Assembly: GCA_965203295.1 (NCBI GenBank)
Contig: CBDBCZ010000018.1
Location: 1,600,001-1,664,000 of the forward strand
Direction: 5' to 3'
Length of the DNA: 64,000 bases
DNA from: Nitrospirales bacterium
GTDB lineage: Bacteria > Nitrospirota > Nitrospiria > Nitrospirales > UBA8639
The notes beneath the pieces were generated by a model. It saw nothing but the letters and a program-made list of their open reading frames with translations, made no database searches and was not told the DNA's origin. Made by a program: the position numbers and the translations under genes. This document shows positions 23,589-35,959 of this stretch, piece after piece (position 1 is the first letter of the stretch; each line of letters starts with the position of its first letter).

Positions 23589-25440
23589 TATGGCTCTCAC
23601 AACGTTGTTTGCTCTTCTGAGTGTGTTGGTGATAGTTGAAGGAAGTATCACTCAATGGAATACTGGCTACAACGATAATTCACATTGTTCTGATACTTGG
23701 TTCTTCACAAGACAGTTCGACAATGGAAGCACTGCTTGTGAGTGTGGTAGTGATCTTGGAAAAGTAATAAGATGTGATGAAGCTTCTGGTCAGGTAAAAG
23801 TATTTGAAATCTACTGTATGTGTTATGACAATGATAACATATCTCTGGTAGTTGGAAAGTGCTACTTTGGTTCCCGTCATACATTTCACAATGAAAACTT
23901 ATCTAAGTGGTATTCTCTGCCATCTGATCCTTCTCTATTAAATCAAAGATGTGATAGTTATGGTCGAACAGGGCAGCTGTGTGGCAAGTGGGTACGCACC
24001 ACCAGTGTATTCATACAGTCTCAGTTGTGTAGAGTGTGCAGACTACAGCTATAACTGGATGAAGTATGTGGCAGCTGCATTTTGACCACTTACAGTATTC
24101 TTTCTTGTGGTGATCATTTTTTGAGTAAGTGTAACTGCAGGACTATTGGATGTTTTTATTTTATTCAGCCAGTTGATAACTTTTTCTGCTGCAATGCACC
24201 CACTTTATTTTAACCGTTGGAAACAACAGGCTGCTACCTTAGCTGTGTTCAGTTTAGTATCAATATATGGCATTTGGAATTTAGACTTCTTCCGCCTGCT
24301 GTATCCACCATTTTGTATGCACCCTAAGACAACCACACTCCATGTCTTAATTCTAGACTATGCCATAGCTGTCTACCCTCTTGTTCTAATTGTTACTTAT
24401 ATTTTGGTTGAGCTTCACGATCACAATTTTAGATTAATTGTATGGCTCTGGAAACCTTTTCATCGTTGTTTTGTTAGTTTTAGAAGAGAGTGGAATATTA
24501 AAAGCTCTTTGATAGATGCCTTCTGTACTTTTCTTTTGCTTTCATATTTTAAGTTTCTTAGTGTGTCATTTGATGTTTTGGTTCCTGTGAGTATCTTCAA
24601 TATTCATGAAGAGAGAAACGAAAAGTATTACCTCCTCTTTGATGGATCAGTGGTCCATACTTTGGCCCAGAACACCTCCCATTTGGCATACTGGCACTTG
24701 CAGTGCTTCTTGTGTTTAATATCCTTCCTTTGGTGATGTTGTGCCTGTATCCGTGTCGGTGCTTTCAGAGGTGTCCAAATTATTGCAGAATTCGAGGGGA
24801 AATACTTCATATATTTATGGATTCATTTCAGGGTTGCTACAAGAACCGGACAAATAATACTTGTGACTGTCGGTGGTTTTCAGCATTATATCTGATAATA
24901 CGAATTGCTTTGAGTGTAGTATATGGCATGTTTCCAAGTAATAGGTTCATGATACCATGCGCCATTTTCTTATTGCTTGTTTTACTATTTCTACTTGCTG
25001 TACTCCATCCTTATAAGTTCCCTGCTCATAATATTATCATCATATGTCTGCTTTTTATAGTATGCCTATTTGGTGTTTCAAGCACTGCTGATGTTATAGC
25101 ATACAGTACAGATTCTTTTTTTGTACAACACAACATTAGGAAACTAACAGATTACATAACCACAATATTTTCTGTAATTCCACTCTTGTTTTTAATTACC
25201 CTAATGTTGTATAAATGCTTCAGTCATCGAAGATGCACTAAAAAAATCTGTCAAAGGAGCTGTGCTTTAATGCCGTGTGGAGGTTGTAGTGCAGTGGCTC
25301 ACTCAGGCTCAGAGGAATCACTGGCAGACAGGATCGTCAATGCAGAGCAGTATACAGCCCTCCTCTCTGAACCGTTCAATGAAAGTGAGGAGTCTGATGG
25401 TGGTATGCATGGCATTGAGTCAGATACTATCAAATTTTGA
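23589..25440 (+). pseudogene. Intronless multi-pass membrane protein (signal peptide, Cys-rich ectodomain, IWNLDFFR motif), frameshifted
   Basis: ORFs 23545, 24146 and 24703 are consecutive frames: MALTTLFALLSVLVIVEG, CECG..C..GQLCGK, YGIWNLDFFR..PFC, LDYAIAVYPL, IDAFCTFLLLSYFK, FMDSFQGCYK..DCRWFSALY. Frameshifts and stops near 23990-24125 and 24655. Confidence 0.85.
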
Positions 25441-26814
25441 TGCTGATGTTGTATTTGTGTGGTACTAGGTTAATTGTTGAATTGTACGTACATTTACCAT
25501 TAATTAATGATGTATTTACTTAAAATGAGCATTGAGCCAGACATTGATGATAAAATTGTTTTTGCTGTATTAAAGGGTTGTCAAGTTGTGTTTGAATTGT
25601 ACAATTATATACCAATTGATATTCCCAAATTCAAGTGTGTAATGTACTGCGTAAAATCCCCATTTGAGGGGGTCATTGTTTTGGTCTCTTTTATATTTTC
25701 CAGACTTAAAATAAGTCAAATTGAGATATTATTTCGCCACATAGCCAAGTATCCTCACGCAAATCTTTGCCATTGTAAAAAAATCTGTGTTGTATTTATA
25801 CAATTTGCCTGTTATCCTATTATATTGCTGTAGTTTTCATGTATGTAGTACTCACATACACAAACAGTGGACCATGAGCTTTAAAATACAAGAGTGGGCA
25901 GTAATGAGGATCTTTGAATCAACATTACTTTTCTTGGCCTTGATGCTAGGCTGGAGCGCCCCCTCCCCCAGTTGTACAAGTTAGTCTAGCTAGTTGGCAG
26001 CAATTGGAGTTTCCACAGCAAAACCCAAACTACGAAACAGTAATGAAGCACGCCATATTTGGATCAGGGAAATAATAAGGCAATAAAATGAGATGATTGC
26101 TGCTGCATGTAGCAGCTATTGTTGTTTTCTCTGCATTTTTCATTCATCCTGTGTAGTTGTTATTGAAACAGCAATTAATAATTCAGTTAAGAATCACCAG
26201 TCTTGACTACACTTTCGCTAAAATTGGAAATTAGCAGTATATAGTTAGAAGTTTGCTGGGTTACTAACTAGCTATTTTTTTTATTTAAACACCGTAGTTA
26301 TCATAGCTCTTATGAATGTGGTAGTGTACTTGGAGGTGCAGTGTTGTGGTGATAATGATATCTATGTCTATGTATGAATGAGGATATTTTGGGTAAGCAC
26401 TTATGATTTACCATGCTTTCGTAAGTTGATGCAGTTATATACAGAAGTGTGTTTCAAGCCACTATGCATTAAGAAATTAAACCATGGCAAATGGTCAGTA
26501 TGGAAGAGTAGGGGAGTCACCAAAATTCCATACTGCAAATAGAGACGAAGGTGAATGGTACACATTCGAATTAAGCATGACTCACACCTGAATCCAATAC
26601 AGGCAGGGTTTCCAGAACCGTGCACACACCTATCCTAAAATTACGATTGTTAGTGTAGTGTAAACAACAACACATTTAGTGTACTTCATCATACAATCAA
26701 TTAAATTGCTTTAAAGAAGCTTTACCAAGCAACTATGTATGCAAGGCTGTTTTCCGTCAAATGAGCTTAATGAAAGGAAAATCAGTTGTCGATCTTTGTG
26801 TTGTGGTACCATGC

Positions 26815-27215
26815 ATGGCTCTAGTGATTGCTCTTCTCAGTGTGTTGGTGATAGTTGAAGGAAGTACTACCACTCAATGGCAGAACAAGCAAGTATATCA
26901 CCACTCTATGAATACTAGTGGTAATGATTCTTCAAACTGTTCTAATACTTGGTTCTTCACAAGGCAGTTTGATAATAGGAGCAGTGCTTGTAAGTGTGGT
27001 AGTGATCTTAGAGAAGTAATAATGTGATGAAGCGAATTCGAAATCAAACACTGCATAATTATAATAATGGATTCGTTTCAGGGTTGCTACAAGAATCGGA
27101 CAAGTAATACTTGTGACTGTCGGTGGTTTTCAGTATTATATCTGATGATACAGATTACTTTTGTTGTATTATATGGAATACTTCCAAGTAACCATTTTGT
27201 GATACTGTGGATCAT
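26815..27215 (+). pseudogene. Internally deleted paralog of the 23.6-25.4 kb membrane protein
   Basis: MALVIALLSVLVIVEGS..TWFFTRQFDN..CKCGSDL is joined almost directly to MDSFQGCYKNRT..DCRWFS and truncated by the LINE at 27218. Confidence 0.85.
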
Positions 27216-27217
27216 AC

Positions 27218-28925
27218 TCCTTAACATCCTTCTTAATGGTAATGCCAATCCTAGCCTTCTCGACCTCATCTAACAGCTGATTGATAAACATGGGAAAGAG
27301 GATAGGCAACATTCTACAACCCTGTGCCACCCCCTGACCTATGTTGAATGCATCAGATATTTCTCCCTCGGATCCAGTAAAACAGCACTCTGTGTGATGT
27401 CATACATATTCTTAGTGATTATCTCTCCACATTCTACCCCTAACACCAAGCTCCCATAACTTCAACCATAAACTATCATGCCAAACTGTGTCAAATTCTT
27501 TCTGAACATCAAGAAAAAAGTGTAAGTGTGCTTTCCTTCCCTCATTCTACCTTGTACAATTTCATTTAGAGTAAAGATGTTATCAACACAACTTCTTTTA
27601 AACTCTCTAAATCCTGCCTGACCCTCATGAAGAGCCCTTTCTGATTCCAGGTCCTCAGTATCACCTTTCTTATACGTACAAGCTAACAATTAACCCTTGT
27701 CTCCAATGTTTAGGAATACTCTCCTCTGTCCAAACTACCCCATACAAGACTTTCAACAGATTAGCCATTCCTTAGCCACCGTACTTAAAAAGCTCCCCAA
27801 CTAGTCCATCATTACCTCCTGTTTTATTATTCTTTAGGCTTTCAGAACACTTTTTAATTTCTGCATAACTAATCCCTCTATCCAAAACCTTATCCTTCTG
27901 CAAAATAAATATTTCACTATACTCTGTCACTTTCTTTTCTATAAGCTCTTTCCAGCTATAATCAAACTGATCATCCAACAATCTGTACGCAACCTTTCAT
28001 AATGCTCACGTAATACTTCCAAATTTCCCTCAGTACTGGTTACACATGAACCTGAACGATTCCTCAAAGAAGCAATACCCTTACGACTACCTTTTGAAGT
28101 CCTGCTAACAAATGCCCAAAACTCTTTCCTGTTTTCATGAAACCTTTATTAGCCTTTTCAATCACCTCATTCCAAATATCTAATTTTTTCTTACGTACCA
28201 ATTCCTTGATTTCTGAATGTAATTTGTAATACTCTCCCCATTTATCTTCCCTGCCACTTCTAATCTCCTTATAAATCTGTCTTCTCAACCTAATCTTCTC
28301 TTTAATCTCACCATCCCACCACGCCGCTTTGCCACACACTATCACCCTTTCTCCAATTTCTTTTGATGCTACCCTCTTGACTGTCTCTTCCCAATCCTGA
28401 ACCACTGCCTTCACTAATTCTGAGTCTTCCATTTGCGTACCCTTTCTTGAAACCCATCTACTTCTACACTTATGGCTTCCTGATACTTCTGTCACACTTC
28501 CTCGTCCTGAAGCCGTTTGATGCGCCATTTCATAATCACCCGCTTCTGTTGTTTAGTGGTTTTTACAGTCCTACCCAATTCCATCCATACCAAAAGAGAT
28601 CCGATTTTCCTACATCCACTGTATCTACCTGCACACTCCCTGAAACCTGCAACAAGTTGGAATCAGTAACTATATAACCAATGATAGACTTCTGCTTCAG
28701 AGAAGGTCTAGCTCTAGTCCACTGTGGTTCCACAGTGAACTCACGGCCATTACAGACTACAAGCTCAACCTCATTTAAAAAAGAAATCAACCTGCTCACC
28801 TTACATTTTCCTTCACCAAACATACCTATTACATCATCTAATTCTGGAGATCTTTCCACTCTAGTATTAAAATCACCTAGAAGCACAACCTGACCCCTCT
28901 CCTTCATACGAAGCACATGCTCAAA
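27218..28925 (-). mobile_element. Degenerate LINE ORF2 (AP endonuclease C-terminus + reverse transcriptase N-half)
   Basis: VVLLGDFNTRV and SIIGYIV (EN); LKNNKTGGNDGLVGELFKYGG, QAGFR..SCVDNIFTLN and GQGVAQGC..PILF (RT); many frameshifts. Confidence 0.9.
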
Positions 28926-28939
28926 CTAATTAAAAGGTG

Positions 28940-29760
28940 GAGGTCAGATCAGCCTGGGTGGTTTTTTTAAAAATCCCAAGAAGGGTTTCCGTCTGGAGGC
29001 CCACAGGATTTCTGAAGCACTAAGGCTTATAAACAAAGACTCACAAGTGAATAGCAATAATCAGACAGCTGCTTGAAATGAAGGATAACTAATTTTTTAC
29101 TTAGGGCATACATCTAGATTTCCACCACGTTACCAGTTTATCAGCCTATCCAGGAAAGCTTCTGGCAACATTCAGGTAGTGGCTGTATTCTCCACAGTAG
29201 GAACCAACATGACATGTGTCACACTACTCCAATAATTGGAGCATGGATGTCCCGTGCATGGTTGATGTATGTGACACATATGCTGCATCCATTCTGTACA
29301 AGTAGAGTGCCACTGTATATTAATAGTTGTAGAAATTCTAGAGTTTGTGAAACTTAAGGCTCCACAGTACAGTTTTTAAGGAACTGCAGGTAATTTGGGG
29401 TAATAGAACCAGAACAACTATATTCCAATAATTGGAGCTTGGATATCACATGCATAGTCTATATTGAAGCTCCAAAATTGGAGTACAGTGACACTAGCCA
29501 TGCCAATACCTATTTTGAAGGATACAGGAAGATTATCAGAAACTATACAATCAGATGTATATACTGCTTGCTTTCCACATGGTAGGAACCAGCATGATTT
29601 GCCTTGTGAATCACCTATCCTGGGTGTATAGCTTCTAGTAATCTTCATGAACTGCTTGCATGCATTCAGCACAGTAGGAACCAGCATACCATCAGTGACA
29701 TTACTCCAATAATTTGAACTTTTAGTTTAGATCAACCTATGTAGGTGGTTTCTTAAAGGT
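28940..29760. repeat. Dispersed repeat related to 21000-21720 and 61800-62940
   Basis: Shared blocks such as catcagtgacattactccaa..atttgaacttt..gttagatca and ctactccaataattggagc in shuffled order. Confidence 0.7.
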
Positions 29761-31096
29761 GTGGTGTGTGGACGTTGTCAATGACATAAGCGCTACGGCA
29801 GTGACATGATTAGTATTATTATCAAGCCTCCATTGTATATACTGCAATGTACGTCAGGCCACTCTGCAATGTTCAGTGTGGGTGATTGTTTAGGTATTTG
29901 GCTGGAGTGGGTGTAATACTGGGGCACTCGACTTTGCATGCATTCCATTGGTCTGATGTTTGCACCTCAGTCTTGTTGTTGTAACAATTGTTCAAATACT
30001 TTGATCCATGAGCACATACATGTAGGTATACTGTATGCACGTGCAACTTTTTGCATGCTGTTTCATGTTAACTGGGGTCTATAGTGGAAGTGGGTAGTTG
30101 GCATTGCTGCAGTAGTGTGCTTAATGCACAGGCTCTGGTGCATGTCTGGTCTATGCTTTTCGTACTGCAAACAACTACTGTGTAGAATGGATGCAGGGTC
30201 CGGGTGTGTAGCTGAAGATTACCAGAAGCTATACGCCCAGGATACCTGATTCACAAGCTACACAGCTACTATAAGACCTTAATTTGACATTAGTGTGGAT
30301 CACCACCAATGATGGAGGGCTGTTAGCTTTGTTGCCAGCTGTCCTCAGCTTTTTATGAAGACATGAAGTAGTTTTGGCAGTAAAGATAGCACTAAAATCT
30401 TTTAGCAACTTTGATGGCCTAGTTCATGCTAGCAAAAATTACACTGGTCTCACAAACATTACTTCCCATTTTTCAGAAGCAAGACAGTCCCTCTCCTGTC
30501 CTTGCTGTCTTCAAAGCCTCACTGCATTGGGGCCGTTGTAACCGCTGCAAACTACCCCACCAGGGGACAGACTAGATACTGAAACTGTATAAGAATTGCC
30601 ACACTACAACAAATGAGCAGTACTCAGAGGGAGAGAATAGGTGCTGAGATTGCAGAAAGAAAAGGTTGGGGGGGGGGTAGGCTGCAATATGACAGAGAGG
30701 GCCTCAGAGTGCGGTGGGTGTTGTTAGCCAGAGTGGAGCTGTATGCAGACCAGGCCTTACGTGCTGGTGCAGTGCAGTAACTAGCATTGATCAGATTTAT
30801 TGAGCCAGTTTGCAGGCTGTTTTTCAGTGAGCTAATAGTTGAATTATAAATGTGTTATGTCTTACAATGAACTTAATATTAGCTTTCACAGTCCACCATT
30901 AGTTATCAGATTTGTTTTCATAGGGTCTGTACCTAAGTCTTTTCTGACACTTCAGCTATGAGGATTTTGTTAATGGTGCGTGAGGACTACATTACATGGG
31001 CATTGAATGTGCTAATAATGGTTTATGGGATAGTCATGCACAGAAGGTAATAAATAATGGGAAAAAAAGTGAATCAATTACATGGGTTTTAAGTAT

Positions 31097-31286
31097 TACT
31101 AGCGGGTTTAGTGGCTATATAAAGCCTGCCTACTGCTCCTCTGCCAAGGGGCTCCAGTAGCCCAGTGGTAAGAGGATCTTGACTATTGTTCAGAAGGTCC
31201 TGGGTTCAATCCCCAGCTGGGTTCTTATTTGGGAGGGATTTCTTTACTCTCCCAGAAAGCTTATCATCTCAAAGAGTTTACAATGG
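31097..31286 (+). mobile_element. Diverged copy of the tRNA-like repeat, following a LINE RT fragment (30930-31095)
   Basis: Same leader tagcgggtttagtggctatataaagcctgcctactgctcctctgccaagggg, B box and tail. Confidence 0.85.
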
Positions 31287-33646
31287 ATCAGCAGAATATG
31301 ATGTGAAAATTTAAGCAAGTACAAGTAGCACCATACACTGTAGTTGCTCCTGAGTATGAAATTAGTTCACTCCGGTGGTCGTCCAGTAATCCAGCTGACA
31401 TGTGTATTTCAATCGAACATGTGAGTCCTCGATCACTGTCCATGAAAGACAGCTTGAGGGCAGGGCATAAGTGTACATACATGGTTAACTAGCACTGAAC
31501 TTAAGATTCATTTCTCATAGGTGCAAGACGGTTTCAGAAGAAGCCTGGATCAGCTGTGGCTCAGTATGTACAACAGCCAAGGCCTGCTTCATATCTCAAG
31601 TGGGACGGTAGGTAGAATATTGCATCTCAATGTAAACATCAAAGAGTGGGTAAAATGTAGGTCATGCACCCATTGGTGGTTGTGTATTAGCAACTGCTGT
31701 GCCTAATGAATAGTTAGCATGTTACTGTATTACACTACTACCGGGTATTTTTGGGGAAAAATGTGGAAGGGGGCATTGCAATAATATTACATAGTCATAC
31801 TGTGCTGAATGGAGAGCTCGTTAATAGCCTGAACTTGCTGTGTGAGCCTCTCAGCTACCTTCATTTTGGCTTGCTATGATCCACATGAAAAAAATGCTAT
31901 CATTGTATGTCTCCAAGTTTGTGTCTCAGCAATGCAGTGCATGACCAACAAGCAACTAAATGTATGCGCTGTAAACTTCTACGTGTACTTACAAGACTAC
32001 ATATATTCATACTAAATCAGTTTGTTTCATCATGTGACTGAAATGACCCCTTATTGATTAGGTCAACTTTAGCCTGCCTCGTACCCATTTGCGTTCAAGG
32101 ATAATATTTTGCTGATGGATTTAGCTTGGGAGATTGATTACGAATACTTGCAACAGCGCAATTATTTAGGGGGTTACACATAATATTATGCCTCATTCCA
32201 AAGCTCCACTCCCCCATGTTAGGCATACATACTACACTCGCACTCCTCATTCTGCATGGATGGTGAATATTTGCATCCATGGGTTCTATACACACTGTGG
32301 AATACAGCACTCCAAGAAGCGCATGAGCCACTCATAAGCTACTGGTATTACTATAGCCTGGTTTCTGTGAATATGAACATATCTACTTGCTATTGTACTA
32401 CAATTCTTATGTAGTTGGATATTAATTGTCTTCACCATATCTGGTCCCTTAAAAGTTATTCCTGTACTAGAGCATTTTTGCATTGATTGACACTACTGTA
32501 AACAGGCAACAATTTCCAATCAGATAGTGTTACATCTATAGCCTAGTAATCAAAGTAGCACTGTGCGGTAACGATTAGCCTGAGGGTACATGGTATAGCA
32601 CGTGTAGCTACTGCATAATCTACAAAAGCAAGTGTTGCTACAGTTTCATTCAAATCAGCACTAGAATTGAATTACTTCCCCTTGGCTCTAACTGCCGGCG
32701 GCAGTCAGAGCCCAGGAGGTGTTGTGTCACTGTGCTGCTGGGGAATAAATTCTGTACAATTTTAAAGGACGACCGCAATAACATAGACCAAAAGCTAGTT
32801 GAAGCTCAGATTAATGTAGTAGAGTTTCCATTTATTATATACCCAAATCTTCCTTGCACAGAGAATTTTGTTTATTGTATTATAAAATGGACAATGTACC
32901 CGCAAATACTTCAAATGTTGAATCAGATGCTGTATTAAATCAACTAAGAAATTAACGTCTTTACCAGTAATTTACCGTAGAATCGGGAGTATAGCGACCT
33001 GTCACAGTCAATTTGGTCCACTTTCAAATTCGTTCCCCCCGGAACAAATTTTTCAGAAATATATGGCAACCCCCCCCCCCCCCGGCTTGCACATGCAAAT
33101 TTGGATTGATTGCTTGCCACCTGTTTCAAGAAACGCAAGTCAGTGCCTGTCAGAGGTGTAGAAAAGATGCTCATGCTTATCTCGTATACATGTACTGTCT
33201 TTTGGATGGCTGCAATGGCGGAGAGTGACAGCAAAAAGAGAGACCAGATACTTGATTATGCAATTCCCTAATTAGCCCATCATTACCTCCTGTTTGTTAT
33301 TTTTCTGTGAACTATCTTGGGTAGATATAGCAGTACTCCCAAATCCTAAAAAGGGTATTCTTAATTTTTTTCTACCTGTCTCTAAAATGCACTTGTGTTT
33401 GAATGGCCGCAGGGTTGTTCAAATGTGAACCCTATGGACAAAATGTGGTTAAGATTATAGCAACAGTGTATCATGAAACCACATTAAAATGTCTGTCAAT
33501 TAAGCCTGCAAATTTGAGAATATGGAAAATACCTTGCCATGTTCCCTATTTTGTGTTTGGTCAGCAAGCACCACAACTCATTGCCTCAATTGAATATTGC
33601 GTTTTATTGGCAAATGGCTGTGCTCAGTTCCTACTGTTGAGTGCAT

Positions 33647-33856
33647 GGACACTCTCTAAATAAAGGACAAAGGCTGCCGTACCAAAGTGTCCGCTATTTA
33701 GAGAGTTGACTGTTGAGTCATTGAATGCTTATATTAAAGTTATTTTTAACATCATTTAAGCATGAATTTTACAAAACTCCCCAATAAAGGACACTCTCTA
33801 AATAAAGGACAAAGGCTGTCGTACCAAAGTGTACGCTATTTGTAGAGTTGACTGTA
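33647..33856. mobile_element. Two tandem right ends of a pogo/Tigger-type MITE
   Basis: ggacactctctaaataaaggacaaaggctg..agagttgactg at 33647-33712 and 33789-33854; the second is followed by TA. Confidence 0.6.
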
Positions 33857-34766
33857 CGAAACTTTATACTATATAAAACAAAAGCAGTTTCATACTCTCA
33901 CTGAGAAAACATACACTTGCATAGAAAGCAACATAAAACCTCAACTAAAATTATGATGTCATTGCACTACATTAGTTACTACAATCTGTTGCTAGTCGAT
34001 TTTGCCAGTCAAGTGCACTGTTACTTTCCTTTAGGTTCAAAATCTGATTTCAACTAACGGAGCCGTTCTTTGTGTTGCTCAAGGTCCTTGATCATCTTCT
34101 CCAACTGACAGGCCTATTTAGAATTGGACCCCTGACCTGTACGATACTTGTAGATGTCATATGCACCTTTTACTATCACGAAGAGATCGAGTGGAACAGC
34201 AACAGCATCGAAAACGACACCTGCAACACTAAGGCCACCAGCGACTGTTCTCAGACCGGTCCAAGCAATCCGAGTTGTTGGAGCAAATCGACCAGCTTTA
34301 ATGCCGATCCTGACGGCATCTATACCTGAATCAATCAGTTTGTATCCATCATAAAGTACTTTTATGACTCCGCCACCTACAAAATACAAGTGATAACAAA
34401 AGACTTATAAAATTTTACAAACTTAATTTTATCACTAGCTACTACATAACATCATGGTCATAATTATAACTACACAATGTCATGTATAATCTGTAAGAAA
34501 ATGGCTATTGGTCCAGCAGTCCGGTGGTTGATTTTTGGGTTAGGGTTAGAGTTTTAGGGTCAATCAAATCTGTAACTTGCTACAGGCATGCTCCATGCCT
34601 TCATAATTCTGCAGACCCCTGCTTCAATGCCTTATACATAAATGTCATGGACTATATACAACAACTATTATCTCTCTCTCATTCTTCAATACATGTACAT
34701 GTACTATACAATTCTTGGGGGGAGACATACTATTGCTGACACCTTAGATTCGTGATTTTAGACCGG

Positions 34767-34845
34767 TGTCAGAGTCGTCAGTGACTCCCCGGTAACGCAC
34801 GCCTAAGGCTGTAATGACTCCCCGTTGGCAGATATGACTTCCCCC
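34767..34845 (+). mobile_element. Isolated Ginger-type left end
   Basis: ccgg|tgtcagagtcgtcagtgactcccc with repeated gactcccc motifs; no matching right end found. Confidence 0.45.
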
Positions 34846-34863
34846 ATACGGTACGCAGTACAA

Positions 34864-35959
34864 GTATATAGACTATCCTCGTCAGTATGATGTCATTATT
34901 GCATAATCCAGGAAATGAACCCAGTTTGATTGCTATCTGACACATGTTCTCCATGTTTTTGTCAGTAAAGCTGTAACAGTCACAATATAATCTTTTGATA
35001 AACGGCGCTAGCCCTCCGCGGCGTCACAGAATAACCGCACTAACTCTACTAACCTAGGCGGTGTAGTAAGCCTTCCTTTGCGTGTGATACACTTGTCCAG
35101 TTCTCAGACCCTTCACCTTCGGGCCCAAAGCGTGACTGACTTCAGAGTTAATTTCTCTATTTTTCCCTCGCGATTCTGACACCTTGGTTGCCTTTGGAGG
35201 CAAAATCCTGTCGCCTCTTGAGTGATGTTCCAGAATGACTGAAAGACGCAACGAGGCCTCATCAGGAAAGCGCTTGTCCCCGACAGGAAATACGCAACAG
35301 CAGGCTGCTAAACGCCTATAGTCTCGTGAACTAGCCCACTTAATTTCCGCAGTGCCGATCGCTCAATTAGTATGCGGCCGAAAGCGATCGGTGCTGAGGA
35401 TCAAAGTAGGCTGGCTCGCGAGACTACTAAACGCCCACCACGACGAAGAGCAGATGGTAAAGTACCCCACCGCCCTCGCGGAGACAGTTGGTATTCACTA
35501 GTTTGTTTGTAGCTCATTCTTTACGGCTGCCTACCACGTTTTCGCCATCTAGGCAACAAAACACTATCTTCATTTGCTGTAGTTTGGCCTACAAACCTCC
35601 AAAAGCTGCTATACATAGCGCGAGGCTATCCTATACACTGCAGTTGATAGTAACATTTTGCGTGCATCGTTTCCCCCTCCCTTTTAGGTCACGCGGAACT
35701 TCATCAATCACCGCTAGGATACGCAGCTTGTCGGACCTCCTCTGGGACAAAACGAATTGCTTAACCCCGCTTGCGTATACGCGCGTGGGGTAAAAAAGTC
35801 TATCACTATTTTGACTACTAGGGACGGCCGGACAGGACCAAGGTCAGTGTATGTTGAAAGTATACATATTACCACTCACTTCTCGAAATCAATCCATAAA
35901 TCCGATCTTTGAAAGCTGGATACTTGCGATTCAGCTGTGAAATAGCTGTGGCCAAATCC
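34864..35959 (+). repeat. Paralog of 12665-14496 (in the ApoL intron); contains the Academ MITE 35319-35426 without the Ginger insertion
   Basis: Direct sequence identity; TSD ctaaacgcc at 35308-35316 and 35427-35435. Confidence 0.95.

Noticed and set aside
32678..32720. GC-rich hairpin ggctctaactgcc-ggc-ggcagtcagagcc as a member of the GNA-hairpin class or a terminator
   Set aside because: Short, loop is not GNA, no GA/GA mismatches, single copy; intrinsic terminators are not relevant here.
30290..33250. Scattered exon-like pieces (30300-30560, 31521-31607, 32095-32170, 32760-32850)
   Set aside because: They contain stops and no motif I can recognise; cannot be assigned without a search.
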